DNA from: Chiloscyllium plagiosum
Lineage: Eukaryota
Length of the DNA stretch: 64,000 nucleotides
Assembly: GCF_004010195.1 (NCBI RefSeq)
Contig: NC_057719.1
Span: 48,868,723-48,932,722 of the forward strand
Direction of reading: 5' to 3'
Below are positions 38,451 to 51,374 of the stretch, piece by piece. Made by a program: the position numbers and the translations under genes. Numbering within the stretch: the first letter of the stretch is position 1; every line of letters starts with the position of its first letter. The notes under the pieces are model-generated. The model worked only from the letters and a program-made list of their open reading frames with translations. It was not told the origin of the DNA and searched no databases.

Positions 38451-39130
38451 AATAATTTGTATAACTGAAATGCGCTTTTTTCCCACATAATAGTCAGCTT
38501 GTATTATCTGGAAAGAAAGTTAATCAAGTAAATCTTTCTCGTGCATTAAAAATTATGCGGAATTAAGCACCTTAAACTCTACAACCCGGCTGGGGGTGGA
38601 TAGTGGTCTGATGATCTGGGTGCTATGTTTACAGTGTCTGGAAATAGCAATCGAAACCCGGTGTGTGGTATTATAGCTCTGGAGTAAAGAACATATTCAT
38701 CTCATGACCTTCATAATTTATTGGCAGTCATGAGATCCGGAGGAATTACGCCGTCATTCTTGTTTACTGTCTCCACACTGAAAACTTTAGATTAGAAATT
38801 AAATATGAGCAATGTACAATTCATTGATCAGCGAAATGTACATTGTCTGAATAAGTGATTCCTTTTGCAGTCATCATAGAGATTAATCTGGAAAATGTAT
38901 TATTTTCGGTGGAGGCGAAGAGTGAGAACAGTGTTGTTTCATCTAGTATATTTTGAAGAAATTTACATAATTACATTGTAGAAAGGGTTTGCAAGAGTAG
39001 TCTTTTAAGAACAGCAAATGGCTATGGTTTTTACTTGCTTTTTGTTTTGTCTGCATATTGGAGATTTGGGTTAAATTACTTTTATAAGACATCCTGCTTG
39101 CTTTCCTTAGAAGCTATTGTCACTTCCTAC

Positions 39131-39241
39131 CTGCATCTGATGGTAAATATCGGAGCAGCACGCAAAGGATGAGTCACTCCAGAATCAAACGTATCATGTA
39201 TCATTATGCAGACATCAGGATAAGTTTCGATTTCTGTGCAT
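39131..39241 (-). other. Candidate exon (111 nt, or 3' part of a first exon starting near 39420)
   Basis: Acceptor ttcttcacctttctgcag|A, donor CAG|gtagga; phase 2-2 frame open (CTEIETYPDVCIMIHDTFDSGVTHPLRAAPIFTIRC), not recognised. Confidence 0.3.
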
Positions 39242-39429
39242 CTGCAGAAAGGTGAAGAAGGTGTATAAACTCCTAGCCTGTTAAAAATAAAACTGCTGAA
39301 ACCCATGGTTATAAATAAGAACAGAATTTAAAGAGAATGGTAAATACTGAATTTGGAGTCGCTCCCTTTTGTTAAATGCTTGGCACCAGAATTACACCAT
39401 CGAACAGCAGCAGCCTCCACTGTTAGCGT

Positions 39430-39495
39430 TCAGTAAACGCGGCGGCTATATTTAAACCGATCATTCACATATCGAAATAAGGGTGATTGGACTGC
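39430..39495 (-). promoter_or_regulatory. Candidate promoter: CCAAT box plus TATA-like element in a mildly CpG-enriched unique region
   Basis: CCAATCA (minus, 39484-39490), TTTAAATATA (minus, 39447-39456), adjacent gccgccgcg; AP-1 site TGAGTCA at 39170-39176. Confidence 0.35.
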
Positions 39496-40089
39496 CCCAG
39501 CACTGTGTGATCAATTCAGTCAGAAAATAAAGATGCTGAAAAGATAACAAGGTATCCGCAGCAATGTTATTTTAAAACGTTTCTTCATGTCTCATAGGTT
39601 GGTAGCTTGTTTGCCAATTGAGGGTGCTGTTTAAATTCAGGATGTTTTTCCGCCTATTTTATCACTTCAACAGCTGATTTCTGACTTCTGAGATTTTTTT
39701 TTGATGCGGCCGCACAAGTGTTTGACTGCTTTCAAAACAGTCTTACTGCAGTCATGGGTGGTCCGGTAGGTCTGCCCTGAGGGCAGGAAGATAAGGGAGA
39801 ACAGCCAAGAATATAGCAGTAAGCAGGAGCACCTGGGCAGGATGGAGGGTGAGGGCAAGGTCCACCAGATCCCAGAGACAGCAGTACCTGTACCCTTGAA
39901 GATTACAATTGTCCTTAACTTTAATACCACAGACTGCGTAAGGTGACAAGAGTGACATAGACAAATCCACGGTGAGGACTTTATTGAGGAAGTGTAACTT
40001 TGGAGCAATATCTATGTTTCTTTCCTCTGTAGGTGCAGTGAAGCAACACGGGGACAGTATTAAGCTTCACTTGTATTCAAAAGAGTACT

Positions 40090-42126
40090 GATGGAGGGTT
40101 GCTTTTCAGACGGGAAGCCTGTCACCAGGGGTGTTCCACAGGGATCAGTTCTGAGTCCTCTTCTGTTTCTCGTCTATATTAATGATTTGAATGAGAATAT
40201 ACAAGGCATGGTTAGGAAGTTTGCAAACAATACCAAAATTGGTGGCATAGTGGACAGTGCAGAAGGTTTCCTAAGATTACAAAATGATCTTGATCAATGG
40301 GTCAATGGGTTGAAAAAGGGCAGATGGAGTTCAAAAACATGGATAGGCTAAACAGACAAGGTATTTTCCCTGAGTTGGGAGAGTCCAGATCTAGAGGGCA
40401 TAGGTTTAGGGTGAGTGGGGAAAGATTTAAAATGGACCCAAAGGGCAACTTTTTCACGCAGATGGTGGTGTATGTATGGAATGAGCTGCCACAGGAAATG
40501 GTAGAGGCTGGTACAATTACAACATTTAAAAGGCACCTGGATGGGTGAATGAGTAGAAAGGGTTTAGAGGGATATGGGCCAACTGCTGGCAAATGAGACT
40601 AGATTAATTTAGGATATCTGGTTGGCATGGACGAGTTGGACCAAAGGGTTTGTTTCCATGTTGTACATCTCTCTGACTCTATGACTCTAATCTGGATAAA
40701 TGTGAATTATGCCTTTTTGGTACAACAAACAGGGGTAGGACATCTCCAATTAATGGTAGGGCCATGGGTTGTGTTGTAGAACAGGGAGACCCACAGGTGC
40801 AGGTACGTAATTCTATGAGTTTGTGTCACATATTCAGTGTGGTTAAAAAGGTGCTTGGCTGGCTTGCCTTCATTAGTCAGTTCTTTGAGTCTAGGAGTTG
40901 AGTTTGGGAAGTCATATTGAGGTTGTACAGGATATTGATGAGGCTTCTTCTGGAATACTGTGTCTGGCTGTGGTCAACCAGTTATAGGAAGGATATTATT
41001 AAGTTGGAGAGGGCTCAGAAGATATTTATCAGGATGTTGCTGAGTATGGAAGGTTTGAGTTCTAAAGAAAGGCTTGATTGGCTGGGACTTTTTTCACTGG
41101 AGCATAGGAGGTTGAGAGGCAACCTGATAGGAGTTTATAAAATAATGAGCGGTATAGATAGAGTTAATGTTAGTTATCTTTTCCTAGAATGGAGGACTTT
41201 CAAGACTAGGGGATACATATTTAATTTGAGAGGAGAAAGATTTTAAAAAGACATGAGGGGCAAATGTTTACGCAGAGGGTGGTATTCTAGACTAGGCCAG
41301 ACCACTCAAAATATTCTTAAGCAGGCAGCCCCAGACCATAACTTTGCAATTTGTTTTGGTAAGTGTACAGTGAAAAATATCTGAATTACGTTAGCTAGGC
41401 TGATTACCAGATTTGAAAACAGACAAAAATTTATTCACAAAGTTACACAATGAAACACAAAGAACAGAATAAAGAACCCCTACAGAACTCAGCCAATCCA
41501 ACTAGACTTAATTATGCTGTTCTGAATTTACACAAAAGTCCCGATAAGCAAACCCCCTTTAAAAATCAGTATAAACGGAACACATGCTTACAGGTTGAAG
41601 TTGAAGGGCAGAAAAGAGAGAGAGAGTTTCCACACAGCTCCCTGTTGAACCTCCCAGTTCAAGACTGAATTAAAAATTGCTTAGCTCAGCTGGAGATCTA
41701 ACTACTCCCCTTTCATTATCCAGGTCACTTCTAAAACATGACCACTTTGGCCTGAAATCTCATCTGTTTACGTATAAACAAAAGGCCTCTCAAAATCCTT
41801 TTCACCTCTGTACCAGAGCCCAGCCTGGTCCATTACCCCTCTGAAAAAAATCAAGAACAGAGTATCCTTGAGCCAAGGAACAGCTTTTTTAAAAAAAAGG
41901 GACTAGCTTTATGACAGTAGTTTGCATGTGGAATGAACTTCCTGAGGAAGTGGTGAATGTGGGTACAATTGTAACATTTAAAAGACATTTGGATAGGTAC
42001 ATGAATAGGAGAGGCTTGGAGGGATATGGGCCAGGAATAGGTGGATGGAATAGTTCAATTTGGGACTAAGTTCAGCATTGACTAGTTGGACTGAAGGATC
42101 TCTTTCTGTGCTGTATGACTCTGTGA
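40090..42126 (+). mobile_element. CR1 LINE 3' part with a nested CR1 tail (~40335-40689) and a solo LTR
   Basis: GVPQGSVLSPLLFLVYINDL and KFANNTK; host resumes at ~40690 and 41917; tail ctgtatgactctgtga. Confidence 0.85.
41283..41916 (-). mobile_element. Probable solo LTR (Gypsy-like, 4-bp TSD)
   Basis: 634-nt non-coding insert splitting CR1; TGTCA at the minus-strand start, other end degenerate; TSD gtgg/gtag; AATAAA on minus at ~41430. Confidence 0.55.
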
Positions 42127-43344
42127 CCTCCCTCAGTACTGTCTTGTTGACATATGTGATCACCTTCACCTATCTGGTAGTTTTCTGAGTGGAAAAGGAT
42201 TTTACTCCTTCAATTGCCTAGATTGTATGCGAGGATGGACATTACACCATGTCAGATAGCAGTCATGAGTCATTCATCCTGTACCAGTCAAATGTGCCTC
42301 ATTTTGCTCAGGCTGTCATGTTATCCTTTCGCTGGTGGGCAACTACCTTCAAACTTCATGCCTCCTGTCAAGTTCCAGGTATTGCTGAAAGATGACTTCT
42401 AAGGAGATCCATGTTATTGTCAGATGCTTCACTAAGCAAAGTCTATGCCAAATAATATTTCTGCTACTGAATAACCCAAGGGGAGGTTTGCAGTGCCCTG
42501 TTAAACTGCTATCCAAACACATCATCATCTCCTGCTTGTTCCATAATATGGGACCCCAGCCTGGTCAGTAAGAAGTTCAGCAAGTGTCCCACAGTCCCAA
42601 AGCTTTTGGAGAACAGCATAACAAAACCTGAACCATCCACTGCACCCCCTAATCAGCAACTTTCCTGCAATCCTCTTATTCTGTCATCATCTCATAGCTT
42701 TTCTTCAGTCTAGCCTGTCAGTCTTAACCTCACTACCAAATATAAACTTCAACACCAAAACAAAATAATATATCAAACTGATCCATAGCTAAATTGTATT
42801 GTTAAACAGTTCACTGAAATAACTAAATGTCATGTTTTGCAACTTGTGTTTTCTGTTCTCTGTTGTCTAACCAAATGTTCTTATAAAGTGTTTCTCCAAA
42901 GGCTACAATGTAGGAGGTAAATGTTTGCTGAGACTCTATGAAGAACTATGGATGGCTATGCCTTGATGATCTTGAGTGGCCTCTGCAATATTATATGCAA
43001 GCTTTCTCCCTCACTGCCTTGTGCATCTAGCATTTCCTGGTACACCAAACCTCTGCCTTTGTCAATAGCCTGGCATCATGAAGTTTGCATCTGAGTCTTC
43101 TGCAGCAGACCAAACTAGTTCTGAACCCCTGTGAGTTGGACCTTGAACCTCTTTCCTAAGTTCTTTCCTAAGTTCCTGCATACTTGAGGTTTGTGATTCA
43201 TCATTGAAGACTCCCTTCTGTAACCTGGCCTCTAAAATATACATGGTGTCAATCTCTAAGCATGCACTTCTTATGTTCAGATTGAGAGACATTGTATTTT
43301 CAGGAATTAAGGCTGCTCTGGTCTTCCTGAAGTGGCAAAGGTAC

Positions 43345-43423
43345 TAGGTTGGGATATCTGGTCAGCGAGTGGGCGAGTTGGTTCGAAGGTTCTGTTTCCA
43401 TGCTGTACATCTCTATGACTCTA
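43345..43423 (+). mobile_element. CR1 3'-tail-only insertion
   Basis: gggatatctggtcagc...ctgtttccatgctgtacatctctatgactcta. Confidence 0.8.
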
Positions 43424-43604
43424 CGCAGCTGGTAAAATGAGTTGTAATTCATTATGTAGATGTGAAGGGTGATGGAAGCCTAAAAAGAAAATAATGGTAT
43501 AGTTTGAAGAGTCTCAGAGAGATATCTCCTCAAATGCTGCTGCACATCACTGCCATTTATTTAACCCCCATGTTAGCAAGTGTGTTTTCTTCCATAAGCA
43601 TCTC

Positions 43605-43675
43605 TAGGATATCTGGTCAGCATGAATGGGTTGGACCGAATGGTCTGTTTCCATGCTGTACACCTCTATGACTCA
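43605..43675 (+). mobile_element. CR1 3'-tail-only insertion
   Basis: ggatatctggtcagcatg...ctgtttccatgctgtacacctctatgactc. Confidence 0.8.
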
Positions 43676-45209
43676 GTCTGCTTGACCAAACTCCTGGCAG
43701 AATTGAAAACCACATCATCTTGCAAGAAAGAAGGAAGCATGTTCGTGACACTCCTTGATGTGTTTGGAGAATGTACCTACCACAGTAAAATGGTTTATAT
43801 GGAGTTTTGTACTGAAGATGTGAAGTGTGGCAAATTGAGCTTTATAATGGTATTGAGTGTGTATAGGTAAAAAGAAGAATATGGAATGAAGTGTGGTGTA
43901 TTGGTTGGAGGAGAGTGAAAGGAAGCACATGGAGAAGTATTGTAATTTGAAAATTTTGAGCAGACAGCAAGAAGGCATTTCCATTACGTTGTAAAAGTTA
44001 AACTTTTTAGTATTGTAGGCATGCACAGCAGCAGACTGAACTTTTGTATCAAACTCCTATCAATCACCTGTTCCTGTTGGGATGGAAGTATTGCCTGAAG
44101 AACTTTTTCCTTCCAACATTGTGGAATGTGGTAGGGGAGAAGGATGTCCCTCCTATCCACTCACCAGACCAAGACCCTGGGAACATTAGAGGACTTGGGA
44201 GCTCCGTTTGGATATCTTCCAAGATTCTTTTCCCAAGTTTTACTGCTGTCTGCCGTCAGAGTGCCCCTCCCCGTTAATAGGTGCTGTTTTTAGTGGCGTC
44301 AGTGAAGCTTAATTTCCCACTCCCCAAGTAGGCACACAGCCAACAGATTGCGCACTTTTTGCAAGCAGCACATTGGAATTACGATAAGGTCCAGCAGTAA
44401 TTTCTAATGGTCCCCAGGAACTAGTAATAGGCACGCACTGCTCCCTGCTCACCCATTTTCAAATGTGATCAACTTTCTAAGTTGTGCTTTTTTTTGTTTC
44501 TAAAGAACTGATGGTACAAAGTCTAAAAACAGGACTGGTGATTAACACAGGGGATAATACATACCTGTGAATGAGATACAAACCTGCAATTAAATTGAAG
44601 AGCTCAAATGACACCACAAAGTAAAAAGAGAAGCTTGAATTGTACGCGACTGTAGTTTGATTCTGATGCATTATCCCTTCTCATAAACTTGTCTATTTAT
44701 ATAACAATTGTTCCCTTACTATTCTCACCCCCAGCACACTCATTATGGCTGTAGTGTTGAGGTAAAATGAGCCACTATTATTGGGAGATTTGATTTGGTT
44801 AACAGCAGGTGCTGTAGTGAGACAAAGCAGTTTTTGGAACTAGTTATTAGTTTATGTGAAATTTACTATACATCAAAAAGAACCGAAAAGAGAAATAAAA
44901 TATGTCATTTACATTATGACACAGTGATGAAGCAACACATGAAATAATCTCTTTATACAAACATAAATGTGAGAATAAAAGTCCATTAGACCTGACATGG
45001 ACACAGAGATTGCAATGCACAATTATTCTGAGCCTTGTCCTGTCGAAATAGGTAGCTTTCAAACTTTGTACTGACTAGTCATTAATGTGATTGTAGTGTG
45101 CAGCCCTGAGTGAAACATGTTACTGACTGGCTGTATGTTCAGCAGGTGGATCAGGTGGCTAACACACAGCTAATCTGCACTTCAAGCAGCTTATACCCCT
45201 GAACAGGGA

Positions 45210-45305
45210 TAAAAACCAAAAAGTGCTGCAAAGACTCGGCAGATCAGTCAGCATCTGCCGAGAGAAATAGAGTTAACATTTCAGATCAATGATATTCATC
45301 AGAAT
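45210..45305 (-). mobile_element. Decayed family B pLTR
   Basis: Resembles 26420-26495 and 36980-37070. Confidence 0.55.
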
Positions 45306-45389
45306 CTCTTTAAGCTGAAGTGTCCTTAGTGCTACAACTGGGTCAGAAAGGTTTTGGACTCTGGAAGGGAAGTGTTAATTATGCAATGG

Positions 45390-45605
45390 AGCAGAGAGAT
45401 GCCTTTCTAGCTTTCAGATGTAATGCTGGAGTCCTCAGTGATTAAATACAAAATAAAGACAAAGGCCATATTCCCACATGGAGACAGGAAATTCTCAAAG
45501 AACTCTGAAAAGGGAATGGCATCAGGTGGCTACAGACAATAGTTCACAGAATCTCACTCTGAAGCCTTGGCAATAGTAGCAGACAAGTGTCAGTGATCTC
45601 ACCTA
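45390..45605 (+). mobile_element. Myb/SANT gene relic, copy 3
   Basis: LSDVMLESSV...KAIFP / EWHQVATDNSSQNLTLKPWQ**QTSVSDLT follows the same helix pattern as copy 2. Confidence 0.4.
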
Positions 45606-45826
45606 TATGGTTCAGACCAGTGATTATGTCTTCAACCTTCATCTCCTACTCACCACATCCACAACCTTTCACACTGCTCAATGTGCCATCACTGAACCAT
45701 TAACAATCAGAATTCACTCTCACATTCACACACTTGAAATGCTGCTAGTCTCACAGGAGCAAGTTTTGCTGTTTTAACATTGCCCCAACCAGGCCAACTA
45801 AAGAAATAATAACCCATGGTGCTTTG

Positions 45827-45952
45827 TAGGAGCAAATTACTGCAGATGCTGGAATCTGAACTGAAAAACAAAAGAATATGGAGATCACAGCAAGTCAGGC
45901 AGCATCCATGGACACTACCTGACCAGCTGTGATCTCTCACATTTTTCTTTTC
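45827..45952. mobile_element. Short fold-back pLTR insertion with 16-bp TSD
   Basis: gagatcacagcaagtcagg ... cctgaccagctgtgatctc inverted; TSD aa(c/t)ccatggtgctttg at 45811-45826 and 45953-45968. Confidence 0.7.
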
Positions 45953-46504
45953 AATCCATGGTGCTTTGCCTGTTTCCAAGTCCTTTATTCCCTCTTCACC
46001 CATTTTAACCCTTCCCCTAATGTCCCTCAGGTACCAGAATTGGGAACAATAGTCATGGTGAGGTCAAACTACTGTATAGCTTAACCAAAACCTTTTGGCT
46101 TTTGCTCTATGCTTTTAATAATCAGGTCCATCAAAGCTAGGATTTATGTACTGTTGTGTACTTTCACAGACAATTGCACACATTGTGTTTGTTCATTTTA
46201 CAGAAACAGCTCTGCTTCACTGAATCTTGACTCTATGTAATATTCAGACAGCAACATTTGAAAGACTCAGACCTCATAAACACTGAAAACAATAAGCCTA
46301 TCTGCAACTTGAGAATATCAAGCAGCATTTAAAACCCATCTTTTATAACAGACATGGTGGCAAATGCAATGATAGACTTGGAGAACCAACAACTGATGCC
46401 AAATCTCTCAGCTTCCATTGCAACGCAGGCAGAAGCCACACAACATCTCATTGCTGCAGATGTTCAGACTGAAGTCATGATATGAAGGAGGTCATGAAGG
46501 AGGT

Positions 46505-46795
46505 TTAATGTTATGAAGGAGGTCACTGGTGAAAAATAAATGGTCACCTAGATGAGACAAAAACAGTCTTTTGAAAGTTCGTAAGTCGTTGGTATTCTCC
46601 TGAAAAGGTGATAGATAGCAGAGTGCTTGAATATTTTTAAGGCCGAGGTGGATAGATTTTTGGGTAAGAAAGGTGGTGAATGGCTATCAGGAGTAGGTGA
46701 CAATGTGGATCTGCGGTTACAATCAGTTCGACAATGACTATATTGAATAACATATCAGGCTGGAGGGCCAAATGACCTATTCCAGTTTATGCTTA
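46505..46795 (+). mobile_element. Old CR1 LINE 3' end
   Basis: ttgaatatttttaaggccgaggtggatagatttttg...ggctggagggccaaatgacctattcc. Confidence 0.6.
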
Positions 46796-47615
46796 TAACA
46801 AGGATATAGAGCTCAGAAATCAAAGGGGCATACAGATTCTGTCAGCAATTCAGCAATCAGAGCTGCAGCAGAATACGAGGATTACTGAGGTACGGAGGTT
46901 ATTTTAGCTCAATCCTATTGTCCGCTTTTGGGTTATTGCAGTCAACCTACTGCCATTGCTACCAAACCACTGCCTTTGCTGTTTCCTGTCAGCTAGTCAA
47001 TGTGACTGCTCCACCCACACTGCCATGATGCAATGAGAATCCAGCACACAAGGCCCAGAGCTGCTCAAGAGCTTTTTACAAGGCAATTTGAAGTCTCCTT
47101 CAGTGAAAGCCTTCCACCACCATGCCAGGAACCACTGCAGTAGGAGTGCTAGACCAGGCAAAGGATTCTGCAAGTTACACACAGAAGTAATGCATAAGGA
47201 TTAGTAGCTGAATTATGTATGAAATTGAAGTGGGAGATGGCACGGGTCAGGGTGACACTAGTCATACAGACATACAAGATGGTTGCTGAGCCATAAGTTG
47301 GCCCTTGACACACAAAATGGCCACCAGACCACAATATGGAGAGAGACAGCAGTGCAAACACAGATACTGCCTGGGGCCACCAGAATACCAGCACAATGCA
47401 CTCACAACCCAGTTGATTAGTTTAAGGCGGGTGGGGAAGAGAATACACATGAGTAGCATATATAGCCTGTCGAAGTGTCCAGCCAACACCTTTGATAGAA
47501 ATGCTAACAGTTTGATATGGACTCAATACAAAGTGCTATATCCAGGGATGCAGTAATTGTCCTTCTCAGGAAGAGTGATTAGCGCCCATTACTACAGCAA
47601 TTGACCTCCACGCAA

Positions 47616-47720
47616 ACATTGAAACTGACAATGTCTGCACTGAAAAGGACAAAGACTACACTGAAATTAACAAAGGCTGCGCTGGAAGTGACAATGCCTG
47701 CATCAAAACTATCAACGATT
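47616..47720 (+). repeat. Degenerate 21-bp tandem repeat, 5 units
   Basis: acattgaaactgacaatgtct / gcactgaaaaggacaaagact / acactgaaattaacaaaggct / gcgctggaagtgacaatgcct / gcatcaaaactatcaacgatt. Confidence 0.7.
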
Positions 47721-48459
47721 CTGCAATGTTTACAACAAATGAACTATGTTACAGAGACAATAACCTCATCTCTGATCTATCATATCACAAAATATATAAA
47801 AGCGTCTTGACATGTGCTCCGGGTTGAGAGAAGAATTGCAGCTGACCACTTTGTTGTTTGGTGTCTTTCTCTCGCTGGAGCTCCGGTGTTTCTTTGTGCA
47901 ATAAACTCTGTCATTGGACCCTGACTCTGACTGCGAGGCTGGTGATTTTCCCCACAACAAAATATTGGATAGTCCTTTTGATAGAATTGGCTTGCAGTGG
48001 TTTGTTGTGGAAATATTGAAGGATAAAATTGCTGTATGATGATAACTTGGTTGGCTCTGATTCAGAACTTTAGCCAAGAAGATGGCATGATGGTCCAAAG
48101 CAGATGGGAATTGAGCAGCAGTGATGATGCCACCTTCCCACCCATCATGAAGCTGGCCACCCATAAGACAGAGGGTGGGTTAGCATCTAACCCAGCAATC
48201 CTCTCACCATATGTAAATAAATAATTAAGGGTCAATTGATCTTGTTTAAAGTTCAATAATACATTGCTCATGATAGGATTTGTGTGGGCAGCCAGGCAGG
48301 AGTGAGCAGCCCGTCATTTTTAAAAGTTATTAAAAATGTATGAAGATGGGGAGTACTACTTCAGATGGTGTCCTTTGTGGTTTGGAGCTCAGTTGGCTCT
48401 ACAGAAATTGTGCTCAATCTCAGAATGAAGATCCCAGTGTTACCTGGATCAAGAGTAAA

Positions 48460-50232
48460 TGAACAGTAATACTCAGGGAAGATTTAGTAACCAAAGGGAT
48501 GGACGTGTAAGGTTTGGAGAGGTGTATCTTGAAGTCCATGCAGTGAGCACGAGTATAGAATAGTATGTTGCTTTCCTGGTTCCAGGATTAAGGGCATCTC
48601 AAAACATTCAAAGCACACTGTTAAAGGGGAGAGTGAGAAGCCAGAAGTTATTGAACACATTGTTAGTTATGACATAGTTAGGGATACGTTTCAGGCTTTA
48701 CAGAGTGAATATAAGAGGTTAGAAAGAAGATTAAAAAGCAGAGACTTAAAAGTAGTAATCTCTGGTTTAATCCTGGTGCCAAGCTTGAATGAGGGAAGGA
48801 ATAAAAGGATAAAGGAGATAAATAAATGGATGAAGAGTTAGTGTAATGTTCAGGGATTCAGTTTTTGGATCACTGGGATCTCTTCTGGGACAGAATAGAC
48901 CTGTTCAAAAGGATGGGTTCCACCCAAACTGAAAAGGGACCAATATCCTAGTGGGGAGGTTTGCTAGTTCTATTAAGGGAAACTGTAAACTATCAGGGAG
49001 GTGTCGTGCAGGGATCCTAATTGACAGAGTAAATATAAAAACAGATTAGGATGGTTCTGAATCTTAAAACGAATTAATTGAAAAGATAGACAAGAGCAAA
49101 TCAGAGAGCAAAGTACTTCTGAGGAATTAAACTGCATTTATTTCAATGCAAGGGTCTTACAGATAAGGCTGATGAACTCCGGGTATGTTTGGGAACATTG
49201 GATTGGGACATCATAACTATTACAAAAACTTGGTTGAGGGATGGACTGGAATGGCAGCTCAGTGTTCTGGATTTCAAATGCTACAGGAAGCATAGAAAGG
49301 GAGGCAAAAAAGGAGGGGTAATGGTGTTTTTGGTTAAGGAAAACATTACTGATGTAACTAGAGAAGATATTTTTAAAACATCATCCAGTGAAAATATATG
49401 TGTTGCAATTAGAAATAAGAAAGAAATGATCACCCTGATTGGATTGTACTGTAGACCCCCCAGTAGTCAGTGGGAAATTGTGGAACTAATATGTGGAGAG
49501 GTCTCAGATATATGTAAGAATAATAAGGTTGTTATAGGTGATTTTAATTTTCTGAACATTGACTTGGACGATTATAGTGTTAAAGGATTAGATGGTGATG
49601 ATTTTATTAAATGTGTTCAGGAAAATTTTCTTTATCAATATATAAATGTTCCTGCTAGAGAGGAGCAAAACTTGACCTTCTCTTGGGTAATCAGGGCAAG
49701 TGACTGAACTGACAGTATGGGAACACTTAGGGTCTCATGATCATAATTCTATTAGTTTTAAAATATTTATGGAAAAGGATAAACCTTCCATAAAAGTTAA
49801 AGTCTTTAATTGGAGTAAGGCAAATTTTAATCCTGGTATCACCTTCCTCATCAGCTTTCCAAAGTTGATTGGATTAGATTGTTTGCAGGTAAAGAGATGT
49901 CTGATGTGGAAGGCTTTCAGAAGTATGATAAGAAGAGGGTTAACAACAATAACTAGTGGGCATATTTTTAAGGTCAGAGGAGAGAGTTTGAAAAAAGATA
50001 TGAGGGGCAAATCTTTTACACAGGGTGATTCAAGTGTGGAAAAAAATTCCTGAGGAAGTGGTGGATGTGGTCACAGTTACAATGTTTAAAAGACACATAG
50101 ATAAGTATCTGAAAAGGAAAGGTTTGGAGAGATATGGACCAGGAGCAGGTAGGTGGAACTAGTTTAGTTTGGGATTATGTTCAGCATGGACTGGTTGGAC
50201 TGAAGGGTATGTTTCTGTGCTTTATGACTCTA
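48460..50232 (+). mobile_element. Older CR1 LINE: ORF1 esterase and APE, jumping to a 3' end at ~49950 (RT absent)
   Basis: VCCFPG..., VVISGL, CIYFNAR, DIITITKTWL, GDFNF, HDHNSISF; tail ttatgactcta. Confidence 0.85.
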
Positions 50233-51374
50233 TATACTGTATAACTTCCCTTCTCTGCTGCCCCTGCTCCATCTCCGTTTTAGCTACAGACCAAAAGCAA
50301 CTCATTCCTTTACTGGGTGCAGGCTTTGTCCTCGTAGGCCTTCCAACTTCAGTGACCTTGCTGTCTGGATGCAGAACCATTCTATTGAAAATCTAAAAGT
50401 GCATTACTTGCTGTACCTGCTGTAGCAAAAGAAAGTCAAACAGAACTTCATCTGGAAGTCCAGGACTGATTCCTCTAAATTAAGCTGGTAGGTGTTTCCT
50501 GTACAACTGATTACATGTCTAATGGAGTGCTCCAGTGTCACAAATCAGGTACTAGTTCAGCATTAGATTGTGAATGATGTTAAAGTCTTTGCATTCTTCA
50601 TGATTCTGGCACATATAGTGAGGCCATTATTAGGCCTGCATAATCCTCTTACTATTAGGATGTGCTGACTGGGTCACACCGTAAGTAAGAGATATTTTCT
50701 GAACATTTTCTCTGTTTCAGGCTTCTACAGCTTTAGCACCAGTGGTGCTATGGAACTAATGTCATAGCCATAGATTTTAGTAAATTTGCATAAATATTGG
50801 AAGAAATGTGAGATTTATGTTTGAGTCAAAGATTCATTGGAGTTGTTTCAGTCAGGTGTTCTCAATTTGTTTGGGATTCCTGTCGAGTATGAACATTGTG
50901 GTGTGTAGTAGCTGTCATGCAACATAGTTCCATTACAACCAAGGAACCATTTTTGAAATATAGGTCCATAATTTCCTTTAACTAAACATTTTGAAGAACA
51001 AAAATCATTGTCTTTAATCACTGCCAAACATTCATCACTAACTCCATCCCTATTCAGTCACTGAATCCTATGATAAACCCATGTCCTGGAAATGTCTATA
51101 TTTTCTTTGGTGCAATGTTCTTTTAAGACTGGAAGTATTTTGAACAAAGATTAATTGATTTGCTAATCATGGCATCATTAGCTTCCAGGAAATTCCTGGA
51201 ATTTGGATGCACAGAAAGGTGGGGCAGGCTGGTTGGAGAACCTCCTCAAAGGCCTGGTAAAAGTGGGTAGGCAATGGACCACGGTGTGGTTTGTGATTCC
51301 TGACTGCTTTCCTCTCTTCCACAGCTCTGCCTGTTCCTGGGATTCTTTCTTTGGAGAGTGAGCACACGCTGCTT

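Noticed and set aside
39667..40008. Minus-strand ORFs with hydrophobic stretches
   Set aside because: No recognisable domain or consistent exon context
44565..44583. 19-nt micro-exon candidate on minus (ttgcag|...CAG|gtatgt)
   Set aside because: Only splice motifs support it; expected by chance in 64 kb
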